Shown piece by piece: positions 1-10,167 of a stretch of DNA of 48,934 nucleotides. Source of the stretch: Flavobacteriales bacterium (GTDB taxonomy: Bacteria > Bacteroidota > Bacteroidia > Flavobacteriales > BACL11); NCBI GenBank assembly GCA_018652335.1, contig JABICI010000057.1, positions 1-48,934 of the forward strand, written 5' to 3'. The translations under genes and the position numbers were made by a program. The notes under the pieces were generated by a model that worked only from the letters and a program-made list of their open reading frames with translations, had not been told where the DNA came from and searched no databases. Within the stretch, counting starts at the first letter, position 1. The number at the start of each line of letters is the position of its first letter.

Positions 1-1
1 A

Positions 2-1447
2 AATATTATTACAAAATCAGAAATGAATAACTCTGCAAATCTCAGCTTTGGTGATAATAAATTCTCTTCAACTGAAGTTAACTACCACACAATACAAAAA
101 AGCATCAATCATAATCTTTCTGTAAGCCAGAAAAGAAGCGACGGATATATTGATGGAACAGATTATAAAATTCAGAACTACTATTACCAGGCTAAAACTA
201 ACATATTTAATATCAAAACACTTTTGAATGCGGGATACATTAAAAAAGAATTTGGAGCCTATGGATTTTACTCTCCTAAATATCCAAATCAATTTGAAAT
301 TACTCAAACTACATTTGCATCACTACAATTTAAAAAAGAGGGGGAGATAACTATTGAAAACAAATTATATTGGAGGAAACATAATGATGAATTTATTCTT
401 TTTAGATCGAATCCTAGTCTTTATCATAATTTTCATGAAACAAATGTGTATGGCATAGATTTTAATATAATTCAAAAAACAAAAAACGGCTCTAATGTTT
501 TAGGTATGGAAATGAGAGCTGACAATATCATCTCAAATGTTCTAGGAAATGATTTAGATTATCCAATAATGATTGATATTGATAATTATTATTATAAAGG
601 AGCAAATACAACAACAATAAATTTATTTGCAGAGAAAAATATTAAGGTACAAAAATTAACCATTTCATCTGGAATTATGATGAATATTGATTTTAGGCGT
701 GGGAACCAATACTTTCCTGGAATAGATGTAGCATATGAAATAACTGATCAGACTAAACTTTTTACATCATTTAGCAAATCAATGAGAACTCCAAATTACA
801 CAGAATTATACTACAATTCTCCAACAAATATTGGAAATAAAAATCTAAAAGCTGAATACTCAACAAATCAAGAATTAGGCTTAAAATGGTATGGAAATGG
901 ACACAACACAACATTTACCTATTACAATAGAGATGGTAAAAATATGATTGATTGGGTACTTTTAAATGGAGACAGCATATGGAGAACTCAAAACTTAATT
1001 AAGCTCTCAACTTCAGGATATGAGTTAAATTCTAAAATTGATTTAAATCATATTCTAAATACCAAATTGCCAATTTCTTCTTTTTCAGTTAATTATGCAT
1101 TTAATCAATCTGACACCACATCTAATGGGTTCCAATCTGCATATCTCTTAGATTTTCTTAGTACTCAATTTTCGATAACTGCTCATCAAATAATTAATGA
1201 TAAAATTAGAATCGATTGGCGAACAACACGTCAAGACAGAGAAGGTGGATATACCAATTATGTAACTAATCAAGAAGTAGAGTACTTACCATTTTGGCTA
1301 GTTTCTTCACGGTTATCTTATAAAATGTTTGATAATAGTACACTGTATTTAGAAATAAATAATTTATTCGACAAAGAGTATGTGGATTTCGGAAATATAA
1401 GCCAGCCAGGAAGGTGGTCTAGATTTGGGGCTAAAATTACATTCTAG
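2..1447 (+). CDS. TonB-dependent outer-membrane receptor, C-terminal beta-barrel part (5' end outside window)
   Basis: The frame is open from base 2, with no in-frame stop before the tracked ATG at 23. The sequence is N/Y/T-rich with an alternating beta-strand pattern. The C-terminus ...NLFDKEYVDFG...RFGAKITF ends in an aromatic residue, as in TBDR barrels. Confidence 0.75.
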   Translation, partial: NIITKSEMNNSANLSFGDNKFSSTEVNYHTIQKSINHNLSVSQKRSDGYIDGTDYKIQNYYYQAKTNIFNIKTLLNAGYIKKEFGAYGFYSPKYPNQFEITQTTFASLQFKKEGEITIENKLYWRKHNDEFILFRSNPSLYHNFHETNVYGIDFNIIQKTKNGSNVLGMEMRADNIISNVLGNDLDYPIMIDIDNYYYKGANTTTINLFAEKNIKVQKLTISSGIMMNIDFRRGNQYFPGIDVAYEITDQTKLFTSFSKSMRTPNYTELYYNSPTNIGNKNLKAEYSTNQELGLKWYGNGHNTTFTYYNRDGKNMIDWVLLNGDSIWRTQNLIKLSTSGYELNSKIDLNHILNTKLPISSFSVNYAFNQSDTTSNGFQSAYLLDFLSTQFSITAHQIINDKIRIDWRTTRQDREGGYTNYVTNQEVEYLPFWLVSSRLSYKMFDNSTLYLEINNLFDKEYVDFGNISQPGRWSRFGAKITF

Positions 1448-1460
1448 ATTATTTTATTTA

Positions 1461-1913
1461 TCACTGTTTATTTTTTGTATCAATTACAATTGTAACCGGG
1501 CCATTATTTATAAGCTTTACTTTCATATTTTCACCAAAAATACCTGACTTCACATCTTTTTCAAGACTAGCATTCAACTTACCAATAAAATGATCATAAA
1601 GAGGCTTTGCATAATCTGGTTTTGCCGCTTTTACAAATGATGGTCTATTCCCATTTTTGATTTTAGCATGCAACGTAAATTGACTAATCACAAGAATCTC
1701 CCCATTAATATCAAGAATTGAATGATTCATTTTCATTTCAGTATCAGAAAATAATCTTAAATTGATTATTTTATTTACAAGCCATAACGAATCATCATAA
1801 TTATCGTCTTTCTCAATGCCCAAAAGCAATAATAAGCCTTCAGAAATACGATTGATTACTTTATTACCAATTGAAACCGAAGCTTGATTTACTCTTTGAA
1901 CAACAACCTTCAT
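1461..1913 (-). CDS. dtd: D-aminoacyl-tRNA deacylase
   Basis: 150 aa. N-terminal MKVVVQRV, SQFTL and NGPVT(I) motifs are typical of Dtd. It directly abuts the rsgA stop codon. Confidence 0.9.
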   Translation of the reverse strand: MKVVVQRVNQASVSIGNKVINRISEGLLLLLGIEKDDNYDDSLWLVNKIINLRLFSDTEMKMNHSILDINGEILVISQFTLHAKIKNGNRPSFVKAAKPDYAKPLYDHFIGKLNASLEKDVKSGIFGENMKVKLINNGPVTIVIDTKNKQ

Positions 1914-2837
1914 TTAGTAATCACTGACTCTAAAACCATCAATATCATTTAACATTTTTAAATAGTTATTATATCTACTACTCGAAATATCACCTAATTT
2001 TAACGCCCTCTTCACAGCACAATTAGGTTCGTTTTTATGTATACAATTGTGAAATTTACAATTTTTCTTAGATATTAAAAATTCTGGAAAATAATTCCCA
2101 ATTTGATTAAGCTCTAATGACACTAATCCGAAGCCTCTTATGCCTGGCGTATCAATTATTGCACCTCCAAAATCTAAATCATGAAGCTCAGAAAAAGTAG
2201 TTGTATGCTGTCCTTGATGATGAGATTTTGAGATTTCTTTAGTATTTATATTAAGACCTGGTTGTATTTTATTTATAAGAGTAGATTTTCCAACTCCTGA
2301 ATGTCCAGATATCATATTTACTTTTCCTTTTATTTTTTCTTTAATTAAAGATAGATCGTCATTTATTGCTGATATTGAAAAACACTTATATCCTATTTTC
2401 TCATATATATCTTTTAATTCCTTATGCTTTAACTTTAAATCTTCATTTAATAAATCTATTTTATTAAATACTAAAATAACTACTACACCAAAAGCATTAG
2501 CAGAAATCAAAAATCTATCAATAAATGCTGTTGTAGTAATAGGACTACTAAAAGTAATCATAAGTAAAGCTTGATCAATATTTGACGCTATTATATGAGT
2601 CTGCTTTGATAAGTTAACTGACTTTCTTAAAATGTAATTCTTTCTTTCATGAAGACTTAATATTAGCCACTGATTAGATTCACAACTTAATTCAACTCTG
2701 TCTCCAACAACAAATGGATTGGTACTCTTAATTCCTGAAATTCTCAGTTTACCTTTTAATCTACAATCTAAAATATCTCCTGAGTCTGATTTAACAGAAT
2801 AATGCTTGCCAGTAGTTTTTATTATAACTCCATTCAT
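1914..2837 (-). CDS. rsgA: Ribosome small-subunit-dependent GTPase A
   Basis: Circularly permuted GTPase with NKIDL before the P-loop GHSGVGKSTLIN and DTPG. C-terminal Cys/His zinc cluster CKFHNCIHKNEPNCAV. Confidence 0.9.
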   Translation of the reverse strand: MNGVIIKTTGKHYSVKSDSGDILDCRLKGKLRISGIKSTNPFVVGDRVELSCESNQWLILSLHERKNYILRKSVNLSKQTHIIASNIDQALLMITFSSPITTTAFIDRFLISANAFGVVVILVFNKIDLLNEDLKLKHKELKDIYEKIGYKCFSISAINDDLSLIKEKIKGKVNMISGHSGVGKSTLINKIQPGLNINTKEISKSHHQGQHTTTFSELHDLDFGGAIIDTPGIRGFGLVSLELNQIGNYFPEFLISKKNCKFHNCIHKNEPNCAVKRALKLGDISSSRYNNYLKMLNDIDGFRVSDY

Positions 2838-2842
2838 TATTG

Positions 2843-2850
2843 CAAAAATA
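2843..2850 (-). promoter_or_regulatory. Putative Bacteroidetes -7 promoter box (TATTTTTG) for rsgA
   Basis: The minus strand reads TATTTTTG-CAATA-ATG and matches TAnnTTTG. Only 5 nt separate the box from the rsgA start codon. Confidence 0.35.
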
Positions 2851-2934
2851 AGATTATAAATTACTTACCTTTACAAAATAAAAACATACAATTTATAATA
2901 CGTTTTTATAATCATTAATTATACATATTAATCT

Positions 2935-3639
2935 ATGTCAATAAGCATCAATAAAATATCTAAAGCTTACAACAACGAATTAGCATTAAAAAATATCTCT
3001 TTTAACATTAAAAAAGGGGAAATTGTTGGTTTTCTTGGGCCGAATGGTGCAGGAAAATCGACTCTAATGAAGATTATTTGTGGTAGTTTGAAACAAGATA
3101 AGGGAGAAGTTAGTATTTGTAAGATAAACTCAAAAAAAAATATGCTTCTTGTTAAATCAAAAATTGGGTACTTATCAGAAAAAAACCCATTATATCTTGA
3201 TATGTATGTTAAAGAATATCTGACTTTTATTGGAAATATCTACAATATCAAAAATTTAAAGTATGCTATAAATAATATTGTACTTAGAACTGGATTGAGT
3301 ACGCATGAAAACAAAAAAATCATGCAACTATCTAAAGGTTACAAACAAAGAGTTGGACTTGCAGCAGCATTAATTCATGAGCCAGATGTCTTGATTTTAG
3401 ATGAACCCTCAACAGGTTTAGATCCAAATCAATTAGATGAAATAAGAAAGCTTATTACAGAATTTGGAAAAGAAAAAACAGTGCTACTTTCAACACATAT
3501 CATGCAAGAAGTTGATAAAACATGTGATAGAGTTATAATTATTAACAAAGGAGTAATAGTTGCAGATAATTTAATATCTCAACTACGAAAAGACAAAGTT
3601 AATTTAGAGGATCACTTTAGAGATTTAACCTCAAATTAG
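2935..3639 (+). CDS. ABC transporter ATP-binding protein (ABC-2 / GldA-like), no adjacent permease
   Basis: Walker A GPNGAGKST, signature LSKGYKQR and Walker B ILDEPSTGLD. The N-terminus resembles the gliding-motility GldA as I remember it, but at 234 aa this protein is shorter. Confidence 0.8.
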   Translation: MSISINKISKAYNNELALKNISFNIKKGEIVGFLGPNGAGKSTLMKIICGSLKQDKGEVSICKINSKKNMLLVKSKIGYLSEKNPLYLDMYVKEYLTFIGNIYNIKNLKYAINNIVLRTGLSTHENKKIMQLSKGYKQRVGLAAALIHEPDVLILDEPSTGLDPNQLDEIRKLITEFGKEKTVLLSTHIMQEVDKTCDRVIIINKGVIVADNLISQLRKDKVNLEDHFRDLTSN

Positions 3640-3706
3640 TACTTAATTCATTTTTATTTTTAAAATTATTAAATAGTTCAAAAACATTTTTTTTTAAAAA
3701 AAACTC

Positions 3707-3714
3707 TAAATTTG
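3707..3714 (+). promoter_or_regulatory. Putative -7 promoter box (TAAATTTG) for the metK leader
   Basis: Exact TAnnTTTG match located 6 nt upstream of the start of the structured leader. Confidence 0.45.
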
Positions 3715-3720
3715 CAAAGT

Positions 3721-3790
3721 AAAGTGGAAAGATTTGGCCTATTGCAACCACTATAAAAAATGCTAAAACAGTTTCCCTTTGCACTTTTTT
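3721..3790 (+). promoter_or_regulatory. Candidate SAM-responsive pseudoknot riboswitch (SAM-II/SAM-V-like) in the metK 5' leader
   Basis: GAUUUGGCCUAUUGCAACCA...AAAAAAUGCUAAA resembles the remembered SAM-II consensus. GUGG 3724-3727 can pair with CCAC 3748-3751. Loop UUUGGC 3733-3738 can pair with GCUAAA 3762-3767, giving an H-type pseudoknot. An alternative outer helix 3721-3731/3777-3787 is followed by a T-run. Confidence 0.4.
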
Positions 3791-3830
3791 AGCCAAATCA
3801 TAATTAAATTTAACTTAAAATTATATTATT

Positions 3831-5090
3831 ATGTCATATTATTTCACGTCTGAATCGGTATCAGAAGGACACCCAGACAAAGTAGCTGATCAAATATCAG
3901 ATGCACTATTAGATAACTTTTTAGCACAAGATCAAGAATCAAAAGTTGCTTGTGAAACTTTAGTAACAACAGGACTTACAGTTTTAAGTGGTGAAGTAAC
4001 AACTAAAGCTTACATTGATGTCCAAAAAATTGCTCGTGAAGTGATTTTAAAAATTGGGTATAATAAATCTGAATACCAATTTGATGGAGATAGTTGCGGT
4101 GTTATCTCTGCTATCCATGAGCAATCACCAGATATAAATCAAGGTGTTGTTGAAGGTATAGGATTAAATAAAGAGCAAGGAGCAGGAGATCAAGGTATGA
4201 TGTTTGGTTATGCTACAAATGAAACTGAAAACTTAATGCCTCTTGCATTAGATTTATCACACAAGATTCTTATTGAGCTAGCTGATATTAGAAAGAAAGG
4301 AAAAGAGATGACTTATTTACGTCCAGATTCAAAATCACAAGTTACTATAGAATATAATGATGATCATTCTCCTAAAAGAATTAGTGATATAGTTGTCTCA
4401 ACTCAACATGATGATTTCGCACAAGAAGAAATTATGCAAAAACAAATTGAGATGGATGTAAGAGAGGTATTAATCCCTAGAGTAAAAAATCAACTTTCTG
4501 AGTCAAATAAATCCTTGTTTGGATCAGAAAATTATCATGTTAATCCAACAGGTAAGTTCGTAATCGGAGGTCCTCATGGAGATACTGGACTAACAGGTAG
4601 AAAAATAATTGTAGATACTTATGGAGGTAAAGGAGCTCACGGCGGAGGTGCTTTTTCTGGTAAAGACCCTTCAAAAGTAGATCGTTCTGCTGCTTATGCT
4701 ACTCGACATATAGCAAAAAATTTAGTGGCCTCTGGATTAGCTGATAGAATACTTGTTCAAGTTAGTTATGCGATAGGAGTAGCAGAGCCGATGGGAATAT
4801 TTATTGACACTTATGGCTCTTCAAATATAGAACTGTCTGACGGAGAAATTGCAGAGAAAGTTAAAAATATGAAATGTTTCAATTTAAAACCTGCATCAAT
4901 AATTAGTAGATTGAAACTTAAAAATCCAATATATTCAGAAACTGCAGCATATGGTCACATGGGGAGAGAATCACAAAAAAAAGAAGTCATTTTCAAAATA
5001 CTTGGAGAAGAAAAGAAATTTGATATAGAAACCTTTACTTGGGAGAAGTTAGATTGTATCGATGATGTTAAATCTATTTTTGGATTATGA
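3831..5090 (+). CDS. metK: S-adenosylmethionine synthetase
   Basis: [25 protein letters not shown] and [16 protein letters not shown] motifs. Confidence 0.97.
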   Translation: MSYYFTSESVSEGHPDKVADQISDALLDNFLAQDQESKVACETLVTTGLTVLSGEVTTKAYIDVQKIAREVILKIGYNKSEYQFDGDSCGVISAIHEQSPDINQGVVEGIGLNKEQGAGDQGMMFGYATNETENLMPLALDLSHKILIELADIRKKGKEMTYLRPDSKSQVTIEYNDDHSPKRISDIVVSTQHDDFAQEEIMQKQIEMDVREVLIPRVKNQLSESNKSLFGSENYHVNPTGKFVIGGPHGDTGLTGRKIIVDTYGGKGAHGGGAFSGKDPSKVDRSAAYATRHIAKNLVASGLADRILVQVSYAIGVAEPMGIFIDTYGSSNIELSDGEIAEKVKNMKCFNLKPASIISRLKLKNPIYSETAAYGHMGRESQKKEVIFKILGEEKKFDIETFTWEKLDCIDDVKSIFGL

Positions 5091-5095
5091 TTAAA

Positions 5096-5103
5096 TAAAT
5101 TTG
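5096..5103 (+). promoter_or_regulatory. Putative -7 promoter box (TAAATTTG)
   Basis: Exact TAnnTTTG match 15 nt upstream of the ATG at 5119, inside the 28-nt gap after metK. Confidence 0.4.
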
Positions 5104-5118
5104 AATTATGTTTGCTAG

Positions 5119-8100
5119 ATGAAAAAAATTATATTTTTCATATTTATTCATTTTAACATTTCTTTGTATGCCCAAAATGAACTAAAATATGATGCAAATA
5201 TCACAAAACAACCGGAGTGGGTAAATCTTATGTACTCAGAGGATACAGATATTGCAGATATAGTAAATGCTTTTAATATTTATTACAAAAATCATGAATT
5301 AGTAAAAAACAAACACACACAGTATTATAAAAGGTGGCTAAGAAATATTAGTAGATTCTCAAATGCTAATATCCAACAAAGTTCAAAAAGTTCTAATGTA
5401 TGGGAATGCATTGGACCTTGGGACTTTGACAAAGATGCAAATAGTAGGTCATATGCACCTGGATCAGCACATATTTACACTGTGGAACAATCAGTAAGTA
5501 ATTCAGATGTGCTTTATGCTGGATCTGCAACAGCGGGTGCATGGAAATCAATCGACAAAGGAAATAACTGGTCTCTAATAACTAAGAATTTATCACTCAA
5601 TACAGTATATGCAATTGAAATTGATTACACAAATCCAGATATAATTTTTATAAGTGGAAATGGAGGAATCTATAAGTCAATAGACGGTGGAATAAATTGG
5701 ATAATCATAGGAGATGCTTCGTTTACAAGCTTAAATCATTCTGTGAAAGATATAAAGCTTAAACCATCCAACAATCAAGAGCTATTCGTTGCATCTAATC
5801 AGGGATTATTTCATTCTACTAACGCAGGTGTTAATTTCAATCAAATAATGAGTGGAAATTTCCTTGAAATTGAATTTCATCCCAATTCTACAGATACAAT
5901 GTACTTTGTTAAACAAGAGGGTGACAGCACTCTCTTTTATCGTTCAAATGACGGAGGAAATAGTTTAATAAATTTCACAAATGGATGGCCAAATCCAAAT
6001 ATTGGAGATAGTCAAAAAAGAACAGAGATTGCTGTTAGTATAGCATCTCCAAATAAAATTGTTGCTTTAGCAACTGGAGATGCTAATGGAGGAAGTGGAT
6101 TATATGGAATTTATATAAGTTATGACAAGGGAGAAAATTGGGATTTTCAATGTTGTGGCCCTCAACCAGCTGGCCCTCCTGATTCAACAAATATAAATAT
6201 GATGGGCTGGCAACCTGATGGCTCTGATGATGGTGGTCAGTACTACTATGATTTAGCTTTAGCAGTAAACCCAAACAATGCAGACATCATACATGTTGGT
6301 GGTGTAAATCATTGGATTTCTTTTGATAATGGTGTAAGTTTCACTTGCCCTGCTAAATGGAGTCAGCCTCATAAAAAAGGATATATACATGCAGATATTC
6401 ATGATATAAATTATTTCAATGATGATCTTTGGTTTGCTTGTGATGGCGGAATTTTTTATTCACAAAACAATGGGGATAGTATTTATAAAAAACAATTTGG
6501 TATTTCAGGCACAGATTTCTGGGGTTTCGGAGTAGGCTTTAAAGACAATGATGTAATGCTAGGTGGAACTTATCATAACGGTACACTACTAAAAGATGGT
6601 AATACATACTTAAATGATTGGATATGTACTGATGGAGGTGACAATATAAGAGGTTTTGTAAATTTCGGAAACCCTAGAGTTGCATATAGCGATTATGGAG
6701 GAAAAATCTTATCTGGAAATCGGAACATAGATATTTCAACTTTTTCATTAGCAAAAAAACCAAATGCATCATACATTACAGCTGAATCATCTCAGATAGA
6801 GTTTGATCCAAGATGTTATAACTGGAACTATATTGGAGAAGATTCTACTCTTTGGCTTTCAAAAGATAATGGAAGCAGTTATAATCCTGTATATCACTTT
6901 GATGATAAAGTTACTTCAGTTGAAGTATCCTGGAGTAATCCAGAAGTAATTTATGTTGCTACATGGGAGAGCTGGTGGGGTATGAAAAAAATATTTAAAT
7001 CAAATGATGCTGGATTTAGTTTTATTGAAGTAACACCAACAAACATAAACGGTCAATCCTGGATTCCATATGATATAACAATTAGTAGTAACGATGAAAA
7101 TACACTTTGGATAGCAAGATGTAGCATGTATGGTGGTGTTCAAGATGCACAAGGATATGAAGTATTTAAATCAGAAGATGGAGGGCTGAATTGGATAAAT
7201 TGGACTACTCCTACTTTAGACAATATTAACGCTACAAACATTGAACACCAAAGAGGAAGTGATGGTGGTGTTTACTTAGGTACAAGAAATACAGTATTCT
7301 ATAGAAATAACACTATGAATGACTGGGAAATTTATGATGTTAATCTACCTAAGAGTACACATTCTGTTCAATTGATTCCATATTACAGAGATGGATTATT
7401 AATAAATGGAACAAATAGAAGCGCTTATGAAATTGATTTATATGAAAACTCTTCTCCTTCTGCACAAATAGCATCAAACAAAAGAATAATAAATTGTCAA
7501 AATGATACAGTAAAATTTGTTGATCATTCAGCTGTTAGATTTAACAGTGCCTCATGGCAATGGAGTTTTCCAGGTGGAAACCCGTCTTCTTCTACTATCG
7601 AGAACCCTACAGTCATATATTCCAACAAAGGTAAATACGATGTATCACTAACTGTCACAGATGCATTTGGAACAAGTTCTCAGTCATATACTGATTTTAT
7701 AACATATGTTGATTCTATCTCACCTATAACAAATAACATCAATATCGAAGAAGACTTTGAGAGTAATATATTTCCACCAGCATTATGGAGTCTTCAATCA
7801 ACATCTTATAGTTGGTCATCAGAAACTATACCATTTGGAGCAGATTGTCAGCCAACAAAAACAGCTTTTTTAAATCACTACTCAATTCAACAACCAGGAA
7901 TCGAAGCATACCTAGTTTCTAATAAGATTGGTTTAGGAAATGGTGCAAATGCACAAAATTGGCTGAATTTTAATTATGCATACTCAGGCTATACAAATGG
8001 ATATGATGATGGATTTCGTATTGATATTTCAACGAATTGCGGTAACAGCTGGGATTCAATATACGGTGCTATTGGTACTGATTTACAAACAACAGCATAT

Positions 8101-8520
8101 GTAAATAGTTCATGGTTTCCTGATTGTGGAGATTGGGGAAGTGATAGTATAAATCTGAGTAATTGGAGTTTAAATGGAGATACAATCATGCTTAGATTTG
8201 TAGGAATTAATGATTTTGGTAATAATTTCTATCTTGATAACATTGAATTAAATGGACTAAATATATTAGGAGTTAATGATGATAAAAAGATTTCAAACAC
8301 TATTATATATCCAAATCCTAGTAATGGAGTATTTAGCATTAAAACAAATACTATCAATCTAAAAATAGAGATTTATTCTTCAATTGGCAAACTAGAATAT
8401 TCAAGTATGATAAAAAACGGATTCCAGCAAATAGATTTAAGAAAAAAATCTAAAGGGCTCTATTCTGTTAAGTTACTTCATGATAATAGAATTGAACAAA
8501 GAAAATTGATCATAAACTAG
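5119..8520 (+). CDS. Large secreted T9SS cargo protein: BNR/sortilin-type repeats, PKD domain, MAM/choice-of-anchor-J-like domain, T9SS C-terminal domain
   Basis: Signal peptide. About 10 Asp-box-like S-x-D-G-G-x-x-W repeats (SIDKGNNW, SIDGGINW, SYDKGENW, SEDGGLNW...). PKD-like GKYDVSLTVTDAFG. EDFE...[10 protein letters not shown] module. C-terminal IYPNPSNGVFSI... sorting domain. Confidence 0.8.
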   Translation: MKKIIFFIFIHFNISLYAQNELKYDANITKQPEWVNLMYSEDTDIADIVNAFNIYYKNHELVKNKHTQYYKRWLRNISRFSNANIQQSSKSSNVWECIGPWDFDKDANSRSYAPGSAHIYTVEQSVSNSDVLYAGSATAGAWKSIDKGNNWSLITKNLSLNTVYAIEIDYTNPDIIFISGNGGIYKSIDGGINWIIIGDASFTSLNHSVKDIKLKPSNNQELFVASNQGLFHSTNAGVNFNQIMSGNFLEIEFHPNSTDTMYFVKQEGDSTLFYRSNDGGNSLINFTNGWPNPNIGDSQKRTEIAVSIASPNKIVALATGDANGGSGLYGIYISYDKGENWDFQCCGPQPAGPPDSTNINMMGWQPDGSDDGGQYYYDLALAVNPNNADIIHVGGVNHWISFDNGVSFTCPAKWSQPHKKGYIHADIHDINYFNDDLWFACDGGIFYSQNNGDSIYKKQFGISGTDFWGFGVGFKDNDVMLGGTYHNGTLLKDGNTYLNDWICTDGGDNIRGFVNFGNPRVAYSDYGGKILSGNRNIDISTFSLAKKPNASYITAESSQIEFDPRCYNWNYIGEDSTLWLSKDNGSSYNPVYHFDDKVTSVEVSWSNPEVIYVATWESWWGMKKIFKSNDAGFSFIEVTPTNINGQSWIPYDITISSNDENTLWIARCSMYGGVQDAQGYEVFKSEDGGLNWINWTTPTLDNINATNIEHQRGSDGGVYLGTRNTVFYRNNTMNDWEIYDVNLPKSTHSVQLIPYYRDGLLINGTNRSAYEIDLYENSSPSAQIASNKRIINCQNDTVKFVDHSAVRFNSASWQWSFPGGNPSSSTIENPTVIYSNKGKYDVSLTVTDAFGTSSQSYTDFITYVDSISPITNNINIEEDFESNIFPPALWSLQSTSYSWSSETIPFGADCQPTKTAFLNHYSIQQPGIEAYLVSNKIGLGNGANAQNWLNFNYAYSGYTNGYDDGFRIDISTNCGNSWDSIYGAIGTDLQTTAYVNSSWFPDCGDWGSDSINLSNWSLNGDTIMLRFVGINDFGNNFYLDNIELNGLNILGVNDDKKISNTIIYPNPSNGVFSIKTNTINLKIEIYSSIGKLEYSSMIKNGFQQIDLRKKSKGLYSVKLLHDNRIEQRKLIIN

Positions 8521-8547
8521 AATAAAGTCCATTAGAAAAAAGACAAA

Positions 8548-9933
8548 TTACATATGAATAACTTCGTCATAAGCATCAGCGACAGCCTCCATAACCGCTT
8601 CACTCATCGTAGGGTGTGGGTGCACAGCTTTTAACACTTCATGACCTGTAGTTTCTAATTTTCTTGCAACAACAGCTTCTGCAATCATCTCAGTAACATT
8701 AGATCCAATCATATGACAACCTAACCATTCTCCGTATTTAGCATCAAAAATTACTTTAACAAAACCATCCTTATGTCCAGCCGCTGATGCCTTTCCAGAT
8801 GCAGAAAATGGAAACTTACCAACCTTAATGTCATACCCAGCTTCTTTAGCTGCCACCTCTGTCATGCCAACAGAAGCAATTTCAGGATTTGCATATGTGC
8901 AACCAGGAATATTTCCATAGTCAATTGGATCAGGACTTTGTCCTGCTATTTTCTCTACACATGTAATGCCTTCAGCAGAAGCAACATGAGCAAGAGCTTG
9001 ATTGGCTAAAACATCACCAATAGCATAATACCCTTTAACATTTGTTTGGTAATAATCATCAACAGGAATCTTTCCATTTTCAGTTTTAATGCCAACATCT
9101 TCTAAACCAATATTTTCAATATTAGATACAATCCCTACGGCTGAAAGTACTACATCACATTCAATAGTTTCTTCTCCAGATTTAGTTTTTATCAATACCT
9201 TACAACCTTTTCCTGAAGTATCAACCTTTTCAACGGAGGAGTTAGTCATAATTTTTATTCCTGACTTTTTAAAGGACCTTTGTAATTGCTTTGATACATC
9301 AACATCTTCAACCGGGACAATATTCGGCATAAATTCAACAATTGTAACATCACATCCCATAGAATTGTAGAAATAAGCAAATTCAACTCCAATTGCACCT
9401 GAACCAACCACTACCATTTTTTTAGGTTTAGAAGGTAATATCATAGCATCTCTATAACCAATTATTTTTTTACCATCTTGAGGTAGGTTTGGCAAGACCC
9501 TTGAACTAGCACCTGTAGCAATAATAATATGCTTAGAACTGTAATCTGACGCTTTTCCATCAATTGTAACAGATATTTTATTTCCTGGTTTAACTTTACC
9601 AAAACCATTTATAACTTCAATCTTATTTTTCTTCATTAGATACGAAATACCTTTACTCATACCATCTGCTACATCACGACTTCTTTTAATGATTTTTGAA
9701 AAATCGGCATTTACATCCCCAACTGTTATACCATAATCGTTAGCATGATTAATATATTCGAAAACTTGAGCTGACTTTAACAATGCTTTAGTTGGAATAC
9801 ATCCCCAATTCAAACAAACACCACCAAGACTTTCCTTTTCAACAACTGCAACCTTTAATCCTAACTGAGAAGCTCTAATTGCAGCTACATATCCTCCAGG
9901 ACCAGTTCCCAACACAATAACATCATAGTTCAT
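8548..9933 (-). CDS. lpdA: Dihydrolipoyl dehydrogenase (E3)
   Basis: FAD fold GTGPGGY, redox-active disulfide GGVCLNWGCIPTK, NAD fold GSGAIGVE, C-terminal HPHPT. Confidence 0.95.
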   Translation of the reverse strand: MNYDVIVLGTGPGGYVAAIRASQLGLKVAVVEKESLGGVCLNWGCIPTKALLKSAQVFEYINHANDYGITVGDVNADFSKIIKRSRDVADGMSKGISYLMKKNKIEVINGFGKVKPGNKISVTIDGKASDYSSKHIIIATGASSRVLPNLPQDGKKIIGYRDAMILPSKPKKMVVVGSGAIGVEFAYFYNSMGCDVTIVEFMPNIVPVEDVDVSKQLQRSFKKSGIKIMTNSSVEKVDTSGKGCKVLIKTKSGEETIECDVVLSAVGIVSNIENIGLEDVGIKTENGKIPVDDYYQTNVKGYYAIGDVLANQALAHVASAEGITCVEKIAGQSPDPIDYGNIPGCTYANPEIASVGMTEVAAKEAGYDIKVGKFPFSASGKASAAGHKDGFVKVIFDAKYGEWLGCHMIGSNVTEMIAEAVVARKLETTGHEVLKAVHPHPTMSEAVMEAVADAYDEVIHM

Positions 9934-10133
9934 AGTACCAATTTTTTAATTTAAATTTAATTTTACAATATTAATTAAAACATCTTAAAAAAAGTGGCAC
10001 AAACATTGTTTTTTTAATCATAAATATTTTCTAAAAAACAATAAAATATTATGATTTTAAAAAGTATCTTCTTTCAGATTAATTTGTTAAAAACAATCTA
10101 GTATACTCTCTTAAAAAACAAAATAAAGCCCAC

Positions 10134-10149
10134 TAAATTTGTAAGTTTG
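10134..10149 (+). promoter_or_regulatory. Two tandem -7 promoter box matches (TAAATTTG, TAAGTTTG)
   Basis: Back-to-back TAnnTTTG matches at 10134-10141 and 10142-10149, about 20-30 nt upstream of the ATG at 10168. Confidence 0.4.
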
Positions 10150-10167
10150 TAAATTAATATTAAACAA

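Noticed and set aside
3640-3830. An S-box (SAM-I) riboswitch as the explanation for the metK leader, considered because GCAACC also occurs in the S-box consensus.
   Set aside because: The leader from the putative TSS to the ATG is only ~110 nt. It lacks the AGAGGG/GAGGGA-type kink-turn and four-way-junction elements of SAM-I. The pseudoknot (SAM-II/V-like) reading fits better.
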